Origin: a virus
Taxonomy: Duplodnaviria > Caudoviricetes
Length of the DNA: 58,731 nt
Strand: one strand, 5' to 3'
Virus record (IMG/VR): IMGVR_UViG_3300023199_000106
Location: 1 to 58,731 of that record
The notes under the pieces are model-generated. The model did not search any database. It was not told the origin of the DNA and worked only from the letters and a program-made list of their open reading frames with translations. This document shows, piece by piece, positions 47,190-57,046 of this stretch (positions are counted from its first letter, which is position 1; every line of letters starts with the position of its first letter). The position numbers and the translations under genes were made by a program.

Positions 47190-47567
47190 TTAGAGTTTGC
47201 GGAGATTGATACGCACGTCTTCCCGGCTATCCAGCCCAGGAATACCTTGTGGGTAGTCTTCCAACAGTTCGCGATAGCGGACAGGCGAAAGACGCTTTTG
47301 AAACAACGCCAGTTCTTTGTGACGTAGAACAAACTTATTGACCTTGTCCCAATCAGAGGCGACCGGGACAATCGATCGGGAGATCGACATAGTGGCAGTA
47401 GAGCCAGTGGACTTACTGACTTTCTGGGCAATAGCGGCTTCTAGCAGACGGGCTTTAATCTCGCTTTCTTTTGCCGTTACCTTGTCCAGCTGAGCTTGGA
47501 CCTCTCGTTTGACATCGCGGACGCGATCGAGTAGGTCAATGAGTTCTCCTAGGGTTTTTATATTCAT
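47190..47567 (-). CDS. conserved phage coiled-coil protein
   Basis: DWDKV..F...LFQKRLS...IPG motif; GAGGA RBS. Confidence 0.75.
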   Translation of the reverse strand: MNIKTLGELIDLLDRVRDVKREVQAQLDKVTAKESEIKARLLEAAIAQKVSKSTGSTATMSISRSIVPVASDWDKVNKFVLRHKELALFQKRLSPVRYRELLEDYPQGIPGLDSREDVRINLRKL

Positions 47568-47591
47568 GATTCTTTGTTCCTCGTGGAAAGG

Positions 47592-47822
47592 TTAGTTTGA
47601 CAGATGTCCATCCAAAAAGTCAAGTTGTTTTTCAGAGTCATCCAGATCGTGCTTAGCCAACGACGAATGTAATTGATAACCACTCTCACTTATTGCAGCT
47701 TGGCTTTTGCCTATCAGCCGCAAGGAGATTTCGGTTTCGACGTCCTCCTTGTTGTATGGTCCTGGAGTCATAGTGATAAGCTCGTTAGCTAGCTCTTCGT
47801 TGGTCAAATTTCTCGGGTGCAT
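47592..47822 (-). CDS. hypothetical protein
   Basis: GGAGG RBS, start MHPRNL. Confidence 0.65.
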   Translation of the reverse strand: MHPRNLTNEELANELITMTPGPYNKEDVETEISLRLIGKSQAAISESGYQLHSSLAKHDLDDSEKQLDFLDGHLSN

Positions 47823-47874
47823 TATTTGTACCTCCGTGTTACCGTGAAGGTCAGTAAGCGCCTCACGTTGATGT

Positions 47875-48399
47875 TCATGGCTGCTCCTGGGCGTATGCGT
47901 GGTCAACAACGCCAGAATCGTTGAACTCATTCCACAACAGTTTGACAATCTCGTCGTCGGTAACGTCGATAGATGCGCCGTCGAACCAGTCAAGATACCA
48001 AAACTCAGCACCGGTCATTAAGCCGTCCCGATCTGCGTAGAACCGAATCTCTTCACTTGGACCGCCGTAGCTGATTTGATAGCGCCAAAAACCGCGGTCC
48101 TGATTTTTGAACGTGCCGGCAGAAACGTAATCGAAGCACAGGCCGTATTCGCTAAATGCTGCTTGGCACGCTTCGCGAATTTTATCTTCATGCTCGTCGA
48201 AAAGGTCTTGAGCGAAAAGACTATCTTCGAAAGTTGTTCCACCATAGCACAACCTCCAGTGCTCGCGAGGATGAGACGGCATTTCGTCATTGATGGCCAG
48301 AAACTTAGGCTTCGGAGCAAGCATCATTTCAAGGTCTGTGCGACGTGATGCCCAAGTGTCAGCTACTTTACCTGCACAGTTTGTTCCATTCTGAGTCAT
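47875..48399 (-). CDS. hypothetical protein with YQISYGGPS motif
   Basis: GAGGTG RBS before ATG 48399. Confidence 0.7.
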   Translation of the reverse strand: MTQNGTNCAGKVADTWASRRTDLEMMLAPKPKFLAINDEMPSHPREHWRLCYGGTTFEDSLFAQDLFDEHEDKIREACQAAFSEYGLCFDYVSAGTFKNQDRGFWRYQISYGGPSEEIRFYADRDGLMTGAEFWYLDWFDGASIDVTDDEIVKLLWNEFNDSGVVDHAYAQEQP

Positions 48400-48410
48400 G
48401 GTTAAACACC

Positions 48411-50267
48411 TCACTTCACATAAAAGTCTGTAATTTTCCCCTCAGCCGCAAGGGGGATTTTAGGGTTCCAGTCTGGCGGCTCAGACATGATTTCGATAGC
48501 ATCGCGTAAACACGCAGCAGCTTTCTTTTCAGGCACGCACATGACGATTTCATCGTGGACAAGCAGCACAACTTTGTAATGTCGTGAAAGGCGCAGTGCG
48601 TGCGACGCTGTTATAATCCGGCAGCGGCATTGGATGATATTTTCAAGCCACGCCCCGCCGTACAATTTCTTTGGCACAACCTTTTTGAATCTGGTGTCGT
48701 ACGGATAATACGTGTACTCGGCCGTGTTCCACTCTGGGTTAAGTTCGTAGCTCAAGCCAGGGTAGTGCATCCTGAGCCCGTTGGGCATTAGCACCGTGCC
48801 GCCTGGTTCGATAACGATGCCTCGAAATTCAATCGGGTCACGGTCACTGTCAAGCAGCACGGGGATCAGTTTCTGTAGCTGCCACCACGTATCTTTGATG
48901 GCGTAATACTTTGTGCGGTAGGTGTCGACAATGCGCTGAACGTCTGCTACATCAAGCACAACAGACGGACCAAACGCGCCGACTTCCAACATGTTTTGGA
49001 ACTTCCACGCACCGCATTGATAACCCAACCCCAATATCCCGGTCTTTCCTACGAAGCGCTCGTCAGGGTTGTCATTTTTGTTGACCGGATAGCCGTAGAT
49101 GTCCTCGGCGAATGAACAGTACACATCAACTCCTGCTGCAAATTCGTCGACAAGATCCCATTGACCAGAAAATACAGCGTTGTCTCGGGCTTCAATCTGC
49201 GAAGCATCAGCGGAAACGATCTTGTAACCGTCAGGCGCCCGAAGACAAGCTCGAAGGCGACCGTCGCGTGGAAGATTCTGAGCATTGAACTTGTCACCGC
49301 CACCAAAGCGAAACGTATGAGCGGCGCAGTAGCCAAGGTAAATTGGCACTGGCGATTTCGAACGATCCAGCATAGCTTTAGCGCGCGTTTCGTTAATCGA
49401 AGTCTTGTTGGTAATCCGGGCTTCTACAAGTTTACGAACGCGCTCCTTTTCATGTTCAAGCAGCGCAGTGAACGATAGATCAGCTTTGGCAAAAGCGTAA
49501 GATTCTTTCCCCGTCGTTGGGCTGATCTTCATTGGTACTTCGACGCCTTCAGCGCGAAGCAGGCCGGCAAACTGGTCGTTGCTGCGCAGCTGTGTTGCTT
49601 CGACGCCGGCAGACTTGCACGCTTCGCGTTTGAGCGTCTGCTCTTCTTCGATAATCGCCTGAGCTTTTTCTGTGTCAACGACAAACGCAGGCTCTGTGAA
49701 CAGCCTGATAGTCAAGTCAAGCAGGTCCAGCTCTTCGCGAGGCATTAAAGGTGCCAAATGGCGAAGCAGCTGCTCAGTGAGCTCAACGTCAAGCTGGCAG
49801 TACCTGGCCATTTCGATGCAGTCTTCGCGTGGCATGTCTTTCCAACGCTTGTTGCGCCACTTAGGCAGCACGTCTTTCATTTTGCCATCGCCGATACCTA
49901 AGTGCTGACAGAGCGTCTCAAGAGACGTCGACATGTACTGACCGTAATGTGGTTTTGCCATGGCCATGGTACAAAGATAGCGAGAGGGATGGAACCCGTA
50001 GTGCAAAGCAGCCACGTAGCCATCAAAATACACGTTATGAGCGCACAAGACCACCCGATCGGCGACGGTACGCAGTCGTTCGAAAAACTCATTGATATTC
50101 CTCCCTCGAAGTATAGCAGCACGTTTCATCTTCGGTGTTTTATACCCCATGCAATGGACGTGGAAGTCAGGATGTCCAACGTACTGGCTGGTGCCCAGGC
50201 TTTTGATGTTACACCGCGTGCCAAAGTAAGTTTCAAAGTCTATCGTGACCAGCTGGAGCCTGCTCAT
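48411..50267 (-). CDS. polA: family A DNA polymerase with 3'-5' exonuclease
   Basis: DFETY, AHNVYFD, YCQLD; motif A DASQIEAR; motif B RFVGKTGILGLGY; motif C VHDE. Confidence 0.95.
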   Translation of the reverse strand: MSRLQLVTIDFETYFGTRCNIKSLGTSQYVGHPDFHVHCMGYKTPKMKRAAILRGRNINEFFERLRTVADRVVLCAHNVYFDGYVAALHYGFHPSRYLCTMAMAKPHYGQYMSTSLETLCQHLGIGDGKMKDVLPKWRNKRWKDMPREDCIEMARYCQLDVELTEQLLRHLAPLMPREELDLLDLTIRLFTEPAFVVDTEKAQAIIEEEQTLKREACKSAGVEATQLRSNDQFAGLLRAEGVEVPMKISPTTGKESYAFAKADLSFTALLEHEKERVRKLVEARITNKTSINETRAKAMLDRSKSPVPIYLGYCAAHTFRFGGGDKFNAQNLPRDGRLRACLRAPDGYKIVSADASQIEARDNAVFSGQWDLVDEFAAGVDVYCSFAEDIYGYPVNKNDNPDERFVGKTGILGLGYQCGAWKFQNMLEVGAFGPSVVLDVADVQRIVDTYRTKYYAIKDTWWQLQKLIPVLLDSDRDPIEFRGIVIEPGGTVLMPNGLRMHYPGLSYELNPEWNTAEYTYYPYDTRFKKVVPKKLYGGAWLENIIQCRCRIITASHALRLSRHYKVVLLVHDEIVMCVPEKKAAACLRDAIEIMSEPPDWNPKIPLAAEGKITDFYVK

Positions 50268-50395
50268 GGGTTCTGAATTGTGTTGTGTTTTCGAAAAAAA
50301 TTGCAATTTATGTCCGACTCGTAGAAACGATCGGCATTTCGAGAAACCATAGGTGAGCTAGTGCGTTTGCAAGCATAATCAATAAGCTGTTCCAT
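50264..50395 (-). CDS. small hypothetical protein (43 aa)
   Basis: GGGAG RBS; stop overlaps the polymerase ATG. Confidence 0.45.
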   Translation of the reverse strand: MEQLIDYACKRTSSPMVSRNADRFYESDINCNFFRKHNTIQNP

Positions 50396-50490
50396 GATGT
50401 CTCTCCCAGATAAATTTTCCAATTGACTGCAGCTTCAAAACAATGCTCAGAATGAGCCAAACGATCTTGACAAAAATCATGGGTGTTCTC

Positions 50491-52212
50491 CTAACAGACG
50501 TTGCGGCGACAATGCCCAGTGCCTGGGTAGGCCCGCTTACCACGGCCAACAATGCCGGCTTTGTACGGGCAATACCGGCAGGCAAAGTGTGAAGGTGTAG
50601 CAGGAAATATAGTTGTGCTGAGAATCCTTTCATGCTTGGCTTTCATTGTTGGAAAAGCACGAAGGACTTCGGAGCGCGTAAAAGTGCGCTTCATGATGTT
50701 TTCGCCAGGGGGCAGGTCGAGGTACCCGACAGCGACATCAAAAATCTGGATGTCTGAATTGGCTAAACTCACACCAATAGCGTATTCCATCAACTGCTCA
50801 TGATGTTTGATCTCGTTGTTTTTCTTTTTACCTGTATTATGAGTGGGAATCAAAGCTCGAGTACAGAGATACGTATGCGAAGGCGAATCGACAGCTATAC
50901 ATTGAGTCGGAACAGAATCAACTACACGCACGTCTCTTAGTTTTCTGTATGACGAGTGGCCTTCTCCCCAAGAGTCTACGCCTTTTACTTTTCTGGGCAA
51001 CGAAAAAGGGTTAATGTTTCTTGGTCTAAAAGAAACATAATAAGCTTGGGTTTTTTTTTCAAACCCTGTAGATTTATGAGGGGATACGTACGCCTGTTGG
51101 CCCAGAGAATTGGCGAGAGTTTTTATTTGCTCAGCAAGGTGCTCCACAGTTGTTGTATATACGGCTTGTTTACGTGTATGATTGGCGTCTCCATCTCCAT
51201 CCATAAGCCCTTGAAGCAGATCCAGTCGTTGTTTTACAGACCCGTTCATATAAACATCTGGAATAAATTTGTTTCTGCCGCAATTTAACAACCCCAGCTT
51301 TCTTAACGCCCCTCTAATACCTTGAACGGTGTACGTCGGGCACTTGTTTTTGTGCACCTTAGTATGTGTATTAACAGCATACCCTAGACTTTGTACTTTT
51401 TGCCAGATAAAATTTTCCGGGTTAGATACCTTACTTGAAGAATGCGTTCCGTCGGCCAACCAAAGACCAAGAACGTATGGATGTATAGGTAGCTTTTTAC
51501 GATGTAAATTGAGAGCGTCGGGCACTGGCAAGGCAATACTCTTTCCTTGCTGAAAACGTGCAGCTAATTCTTGCACGTCTACAACGTCTCCGTTGTGAAG
51601 CATCCATAAATGCTCAGCGTCACACACCACTTTTGTCCTATCTTTGAAAACCAATTCGTAACACGGGAGGTGTTTTACTTGTGATTTTCCGGTTACTTTG
51701 CAATGCGCTCCGTTTTTATCAAATACAGTGTCACCGACTTGGATTTCCCCCATCGTAACAAAACCATTTGGGGTAGCAATTTCAGTGTCTAAGGCAAGTC
51801 CTTTCCAATCAAGGATAAAAATTCTGTCGTCAGAAACTGTTACAGCGACGTCGATGATCATGCGGTACCGAGCATTTTCAAAATCGTCGCCAGCGCAAAC
51901 AGCCCAGTCGCTGTCGAACGCAATGCCTATTTCGAGATCAACTTTGCCTCGTTCGTAGCCTTTGCGAAGCGCGTTGAGCAATGGTAAGTGATGCCGCAGC
52001 TCGTGTGCGGGCTTGAGCAACGGGTTCTGAACATAGTCTTCGCACAGTTTGTGAATGCGCGAGCCACGGTCCATTGGATGCTCTTCGCCTTCAGGCAGCT
52101 CAGGCGCCGGATCAGGTACTTTTTCCAAGTGCTTGAGCTGGAACATGTAAGGGCACTTGGCATAGTCCTGCGCTCGGCTGAAGCTGGTGGACTTGACGAC
52201 GAGACTATCCAT
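50491..52212 (-). CDS. PD-(D/E)XK (RecB/Cas4-like) exonuclease with intein (about 251 aa after splicing)
   Basis: SFS..Y.KCP, RGSRIH, IDV, ILDWK|TG, QL..Y, C..CPY..C cluster. Confidence 0.9.
   Translation of the reverse strand: MDSLVVKSTSFSRAQDYAKCPYMFQLKHLEKVPDPAPELPEGEEHPMDRGSRIHKLCEDYVQNPLLKPAHELRHHLPLLNALRKGYERGKVDLEIGIAFDSDWAVCAGDDFENARYRMIIDVAVTVSDDRIFILDWKGLALDTEIATPNGFVTMGEIQVGDTVFDKNGAHCKVTGKSQVKHLPCYELVFKDRTKVVCDAEHLWMLHNGDVVDVQELAARFQQGKSIALPVPDALNLHRKKLPIHPYVLGLWLADGTHSSSKVSNPENFIWQKVQSLGYAVNTHTKVHKNKCPTYTVQGIRGALRKLGLLNCGRNKFIPDVYMNGSVKQRLDLLQGLMDGDGDANHTRKQAVYTTTVEHLAEQIKTLANSLGQQAYVSPHKSTGFEKKTQAYYVSFRPRNINPFSLPRKVKGVDSWGEGHSSYRKLRDVRVVDSVPTQCIAVDSPSHTYLCTRALIPTHNTGKKKNNEIKHHEQLMEYAIGVSLANSDIQIFDVAVGYLDLPPGENIMKRTFTRSEVLRAFPTMKAKHERILSTTIFPATPSHFACRYCPYKAGIVGRGKRAYPGTGHCRRNVC
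50836..51801 (-). mobile_element. class 3 intein with LAGLIDADG homing endonuclease (322 aa)
   Basis: starts GLALDTEI, ends THN|T; HLW, QCIAV, PTHN; LLQGLMDGDG. Confidence 0.9.
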
Positions 52213-52451
52213 TATACAGCCTCGCTATGTATTGTCAGCTGACGCAAGTCCTCAAACTGCTGATCAGTGAGATCCTCAGCATTGCCTTCGAACTCAAGCG
52301 TAGCGTAGATGTAATTGGCTTGATACTGCCTGGTCAGAATGTTTGAGTCAATCGATTTGACTCGATAGATCGTGTTTTCGATGGGCTCATATACGAGCTC
52401 ATCGACTTCGGGAAATCCTTCCCCACGCTCTTCAATTATGTGTGTACTCAT
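52212..52451 (-). CDS. small acidic hypothetical protein
   Basis: AGGAG RBS; coupled to the nuclease start. Confidence 0.7.
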   Translation of the reverse strand: MSTHIIEERGEGFPEVDELVYEPIENTIYRVKSIDSNILTRQYQANYIYATLEFEGNAEDLTDQQFEDLRQLTIHSEAV

Positions 52452-52482
52452 TTTCTCAGCTCCTGGTTATGTTGAACGCTAG

Positions 52483-53832
52483 TCATTTTAAAAGCTCCAT
52501 CAGATGGCTCATAGCATCGAGTTTTTCACCTATGCGCTCGTACACTTTTTCTTCCAGTGTACCTTTAGCGCACACGCGGATGCTCTCTGTTGCAAGCGAC
52601 TGCCCACCTCGACGTATGCGAGCATCGCCTTGGACCAGTAAGTCTGCGCGGTCTGTAGGGGAGCACCAGATGACTGACGTGCCTTTAGTTAATGTTAAGC
52701 CGTGAGCACCGGACTGCGGGTGCATCAGCAAAGTCTGGTACTCACCGGCCTGATACCGAGAAACAAGATCTGCGCGGTCCTTGTTTTTCGTATCTTTGCC
52801 GATCTCAGCAAACTTAACCTTCTTTTTGGTCAGCGCTTCTGTAAGCCCTTCACGTTGGTGCTGCCAATTCCAGAACACTACGCTGTGCGTGCGCCCAAGA
52901 ATCAGCTCAACAATCAAATCCGTACGCCCACTGTCCAGATTAAACACTTTATCCTTGCCATATACACGGCCAGAAGCAACCTGTAGCAGCTTCTGACGGA
53001 GGCTGGCTGCATTGAGTGCAGTAACCTCACCTTCTTGAAGCTGCAACAGACAGTATTCTTTGAGCTTTTCGTAAAATTCGAGCAAGCGCTTTGAAGGTTG
53101 GTAGTACAACAAATGCTTGGTTTGCTCAGGAATGTTCTTCATGACAACATCAAATTCGTGGCGTACGCTGATGTCGCTTAAGATCTGGGCCACAGTTTCT
53201 CGAGATTCTGGCTTGTCTTCCCATTTAGACCATTCAGGCTTCATAGGATTGATGATGATCTGTTTGCATACAACATCACGGAAAGCAAAAAAGCTGGTGC
53301 CCAGCCGTTCACCGTGGTCGAGAATTAAAACTTGATGCCAGATGTCAGTAATGCTGTTACTTGTCGGTGTACCAGTCATACCCACTCGATAGTGGAAATA
53401 ATTAGACAGTTTTTTCAGCGCCTTTGATCGGGCGGAAGTACGGTGCTTGAAATAGCTGATCTCGTCGATGATCAGGGTATCAAACCCATCGAAGAATTTA
53501 CGCGGTTTCTTTGCCAGCGTAGTAACAGCGTCAGTGTTAGTGATATATAGATCTGCTTCTACTTTAAAAGCAGCCGCACGGTTTTTTGCATATGCTACGG
53601 AAAAAAGCAGCTTTGGTTGAAACTGTCTAACGTCTGCTGCCCAAGCTGGATCAAGCAGCGGTTTTGGGGCAATAACCAACGCTTTGCCACCGCCAGCAAA
53701 GCGTCGCTTAGCAAAAGCGTCGATTGCTGCGCGCGTTTTGCCAGTTCCAGGATCTGAAGTATCCAAAATAATTGGTGTTCGCTCATAAACATTAAGTGAT
53801 TGTTTTTGGTGTGGCCAAGGAACAGGTATCAC
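52483..53832 (-). CDS. SNF2-family helicase
   Basis: PWPHQ, DPGTGKT, IIDEIS, MTGTP, GAHGLTL, Q..ARIRR.GQ. Confidence 0.93.
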   Translation of the reverse strand: MIPVPWPHQKQSLNVYERTPIILDTSDPGTGKTRAAIDAFAKRRFAGGGKALVIAPKPLLDPAWAADVRQFQPKLLFSVAYAKNRAAAFKVEADLYITNTDAVTTLAKKPRKFFDGFDTLIIDEISYFKHRTSARSKALKKLSNYFHYRVGMTGTPTSNSITDIWHQVLILDHGERLGTSFFAFRDVVCKQIIINPMKPEWSKWEDKPESRETVAQILSDISVRHEFDVVMKNIPEQTKHLLYYQPSKRLLEFYEKLKEYCLLQLQEGEVTALNAASLRQKLLQVASGRVYGKDKVFNLDSGRTDLIVELILGRTHSVVFWNWQHQREGLTEALTKKKVKFAEIGKDTKNKDRADLVSRYQAGEYQTLLMHPQSGAHGLTLTKGTSVIWCSPTDRADLLVQGDARIRRGGQSLATESIRVCAKGTLEEKVYERIGEKLDAMSHLMELLK

Positions 53833-56153
53833 TTTACTACCTCCAACTTCTTTTCAATTTTCAATCCATATTCTGGTACTTGCCAATTTACTTTGACGCC
53901 TAAAACGCCACTAAAGCGATCAAGAAATATACCGTGGTGTTTAAGCATTTGAACGAATTTAGGCGTTGTCTGTGGAACAGAATCTGAACCAATAGTGCGC
54001 AGTAACACATGGAGCTCATCACGATCGATAATCTGCGCCTCCCCACGTCGTGCAGCCCTCTCAGCTTCAACTAGCGTTTTCTGCACGCGGTCTATTGATA
54101 TGCGGTCAACCATGTCTCGGCTGGACAGTGGGGAGCTGGCAGAAGGAGCGACATCTATAAAATGCTGGAGATCACCGGCATCAAGCGCTCGGAGCAGCTG
54201 ATGGATTGAAGGTGAACTTAAGCTGCGCATCAATTTGCTTTGCTCGGTCTCAATAGGCGTGCGCAAAACATTGAAATCTACGTTCCAGTGGTAAAGGATC
54301 GTTGCAAAGTCCATGAGTTCTGACTGAATGGCGTCAATTTCTGAGTCTTTCATGTACAGACGATTTTCCTGATAAGGTGCTACGTTAAATCGTCTGTTGG
54401 TGTCGCTGATCGACACGGCTGCTCGTGAGTTTGAAGCCAGAATCACATTCATATAGTTTTTGGCTTCATAGTGGTTGACACCTTTTGAGTGAATTGGGAT
54501 GATTGGGTCAGTAATAGCCTGTTTGAGCTTAGCCATCGAACGGCTGTTCTGATCGATTTGTCGATGATCTGTTTCGTCAAGCATCAAAAGCACACAGTTT
54601 TCCATATACGCATTGAACGGGTCGTTTAACGTACTCATCAACGCAATGTGGACGTGCGAGCTACCAATCAGAGGAGACAAGACTCGGTGAACTAAAAGAC
54701 CTTTCCCAGTGCCTTCGCAGCCGCTTAACACCCAAGCTGTTTCAGCTCTCCGGCGCTTTTGTATAATGAAAGCTAGCCAGTTTAAGAACCGCTTAATAAC
54801 CTTAGCATCGTTACCTAGAGCCGACTTGAGAACTTTGGCAATTGTAGGTGGAAATGTTTTCGGCGCTGAGCCCATGCGGGCTTCGCGCAAGTAAGAAGTT
54901 TCTTGATATCGATTAAGCATGCGCTCTTCGGGTACGCAGACACGAGAATCATCAAACCGGAAGACATAGTCCCACTCTTCAACAAACTCACCGACCCATT
55001 GATTGTGTTGTCGGAGGAAGTCTTCAAGTTTTTTGACTGCGCTGGTTGGATACACATCAATTAAAGATGTCTCAGGGTTGAAAGTGCCTCGATAGTAAGT
55101 ATCTGACCGGCGATCAAGAAACGCCAGGTAGATGATGTCGCCGCTTTTGGAGTTTGCAGCGAGGATTTTTTTATATCCTTTGTAGTACTCAGGAACGATC
55201 TCTCGAGTGAGGTAGTTCGGTTCACCCTTGAAGTTAAACAATATTTCTGGGTTGTCGTTAGGGTGAAAATATCCCCAGCTATCTCCACCATTGAGATTAA
55301 GATACATAAACCCGCGAGCTTCTTTGTGGCTGGTTACAGCCACGATACCGGGTTTACTCAAAACTTCAATGCCGCTGATTATTTTAGTTGTGAATTTTTT
55401 TGCTTTGAGTCCTTTGCTTTTGCGCAATAAAGATAGCTTAGCATCTTTTTTTTCTTCGATAACAGCAGTATCAATAGTTTCAATCTGCTTGCGTAGGTCT
55501 GCCTTTGGTTTTGATTTGTAGATAATCCGTATGCGCTCTTCAGGCGGCACAGGATCAGTCATGCGCACGCAGTTGGGGGCAGCGATGTATATGAGCATTC
55601 CGTTGTTGGCCACAGAAATGTCCAAAGGCCATCGCAGCGCTGCGTTGCTTCGAGACAAACTGATGGCCTTTTCAAAATTTTCGATAGTCAGATTGGCGTT
55701 CATCAGCCAATATTTCAAAATCTCGGGTAGTATTTGATGATCAAGCATAAAAAACAAATGCGCAGAAAAAGGCTTGTCGATTTTGTGGCCGGCGCCATAC
55801 TGAAGAATGTAACTGACATCGCCCAAGCCCATAGTTTTCAACAGCGCTTCTATTTTCGATTCCGAATCAAGATAGTCGAAATCAAGACAGATCCATTCGG
55901 TGGGTTGCATTGGATCTGTCAACCCAGCTCTGGATTCGAGATCTAACGGTCGGGACAGTTTTCCTTTAAGAAGGCAGTGCTGGTTTCGGCTGTGGTAACG
56001 CAGCGCCGCTGCCATTTGGTCAATCGTTTCGACAGTCTCGAAATGAGAAGTCACCTGCTTGACCATAGGGTAGGCGTCTTTTAAAATACCGTTATCAGTT
56101 TGAGTGTAAGTCTTGACCAGAGGAACCCGAGCCTCAAGAAAGTGAAGCTCCAT
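53829..56153 (-). CDS. primase-helicase (N-terminal prim-pol-like domain, C-terminal SF3-like ATPase)
   Basis: CLDFD..SAHLFF; GCEGTGKG, MLDE, ASN, RRFNV. Confidence 0.85.
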   Translation of the reverse strand: MELHFLEARVPLVKTYTQTDNGILKDAYPMVKQVTSHFETVETIDQMAAALRYHSRNQHCLLKGKLSRPLDLESRAGLTDPMQPTEWICLDFDYLDSESKIEALLKTMGLGDVSYILQYGAGHKIDKPFSAHLFFMLDHQILPEILKYWLMNANLTIENFEKAISLSRSNAALRWPLDISVANNGMLIYIAAPNCVRMTDPVPPEERIRIIYKSKPKADLRKQIETIDTAVIEEKKDAKLSLLRKSKGLKAKKFTTKIISGIEVLSKPGIVAVTSHKEARGFMYLNLNGGDSWGYFHPNDNPEILFNFKGEPNYLTREIVPEYYKGYKKILAANSKSGDIIYLAFLDRRSDTYYRGTFNPETSLIDVYPTSAVKKLEDFLRQHNQWVGEFVEEWDYVFRFDDSRVCVPEERMLNRYQETSYLREARMGSAPKTFPPTIAKVLKSALGNDAKVIKRFLNWLAFIIQKRRRAETAWVLSGCEGTGKGLLVHRVLSPLIGSSHVHIALMSTLNDPFNAYMENCVLLMLDETDHRQIDQNSRSMAKLKQAITDPIIPIHSKGVNHYEAKNYMNVILASNSRAAVSISDTNRRFNVAPYQENRLYMKDSEIDAIQSELMDFATILYHWNVDFNVLRTPIETEQSKLMRSLSSPSIHQLLRALDAGDLQHFIDVAPSASSPLSSRDMVDRISIDRVQKTLVEAERAARRGEAQIIDRDELHVLLRTIGSDSVPQTTPKFVQMLKHHGIFLDRFSGVLGVKVNWQVPEYGLKIEKKLEVVK

Positions 56154-56225
56154 GTTTTCACCTGTATCTTTTTATGGTAGACTTATGTACAGTCACGGCG
56201 TGCTCTCCCACGTTGTGATAGTTTG

Positions 56226-56289
56226 AAGGTCCTGGCAGTTCGGTCGCTGCCAGGACCTTAATTTTACCTCACTGCGGTTGGTTCTGCAA
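56226..56289 (-). promoter_or_regulatory. sigma70-like promoter plus 13-bp hairpin ahead of the replication operon
   Basis: TTGCAG-17 nt-TAAAAT (56289-56261); AAGGTCCTGGCAG/CTGCCAGGACCTT at 56226-56259. Confidence 0.6.
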
Positions 56290-56344
56290 GCCTCGTTAAG
56301 AATCAGGTACTTGCGAGCTTACCTCACAGCACGTAAAACGCGGT

Positions 56345-56587
56345 TTACAAATGAGCTTCTACGATAATTGGTCTATTGAGGCTTATCGAACCATGCTCTA
56401 TTTGGCGCCCTGGTTGTAACCGCCAGCTAGTGTCGCCGAGCTTTTCTACAAGTTCAGCAGTGTAGATCTCATCTGAATTTTCGCTGTAAGCGCGCATTGC
56501 AGCGCTAATCGCTCGTTCTGCACTTTTTGCAGTAGTGGTTAAAAATGGTGTTTGTTCATTTAATCTAGTTAGCGTCACGGTAATCAT
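56345..56587 (-). CDS. hypothetical protein
   Basis: GAGGAGG RBS, start MITVT. Confidence 0.7.
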   Translation of the reverse strand: MITVTLTRLNEQTPFLTTTAKSAERAISAAMRAYSENSDEIYTAELVEKLGDTSWRLQPGRQIEHGSISLNRPIIVEAHL

Positions 56588-56789
56588 TATTGGCCTCCTC
56601 AATTTCCCATTGTCTTTGCGTCCGGCAATACATCTCGCCAGCAATCGCATTCTCAAAGCAGCGTTCTTGTTGCTGCGTAATAGCGGGTAGCGTGGTTGTC
56701 ATCCACGCAACAAAAATGAATAACCCGCCAAGAAAAATCATCAGCGCAATGAGACCAATTGTCTCTCGCAAAAAATCTCTAGTCGTCAT
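56565..56789 (-). CDS. small membrane protein
   Basis: GGAGG RBS; one TM segment. Confidence 0.7.
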   Translation of the reverse strand: MTTRDFLRETIGLIALMIFLGGLFIFVAWMTTTLPAITQQQERCFENAIAGEMYCRTQRQWEIEEANNDYRDAN

Positions 56790-57016
56790 TAGACTCCTCC
56801 CATCACGTGATAGATTATAGCCGCTATGGCCATGACGGCCGTCAACGCCACCATAGCGACGATGACATTGCCGACTCTAGCTTCATGGGCTGCGCGGCGA
56901 GCCTCGTACAGGCGACGTGGCTGAGCACTGACCCAGGGTTTCTCAGTAGACCCCATCTCGTCTGGCGTCCAGTCGGGTCGCTCGTAGTCAATTTGTTTTC
57001 TCGTGTCTGTGTTCAT
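56789..57016 (-). CDS. small membrane protein
   Basis: AAGGAG RBS; C-terminal TM segment. Confidence 0.75.
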   Translation of the reverse strand: MNTDTRKQIDYERPDWTPDEMGSTEKPWVSAQPRRLYEARRAAHEARVGNVIVAMVALTAVMAIAAIIYHVMGGV

Positions 57017-57046
57017 TTTTGTGCTCCTTGATATTGATGAATAAAA

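Noticed and set aside
50491-52212. CRISPR adaptation Cas4
   Set aside because: Stand-alone Cas4/RecB-like nucleases are common in phage replication modules; no cas1 or cas2
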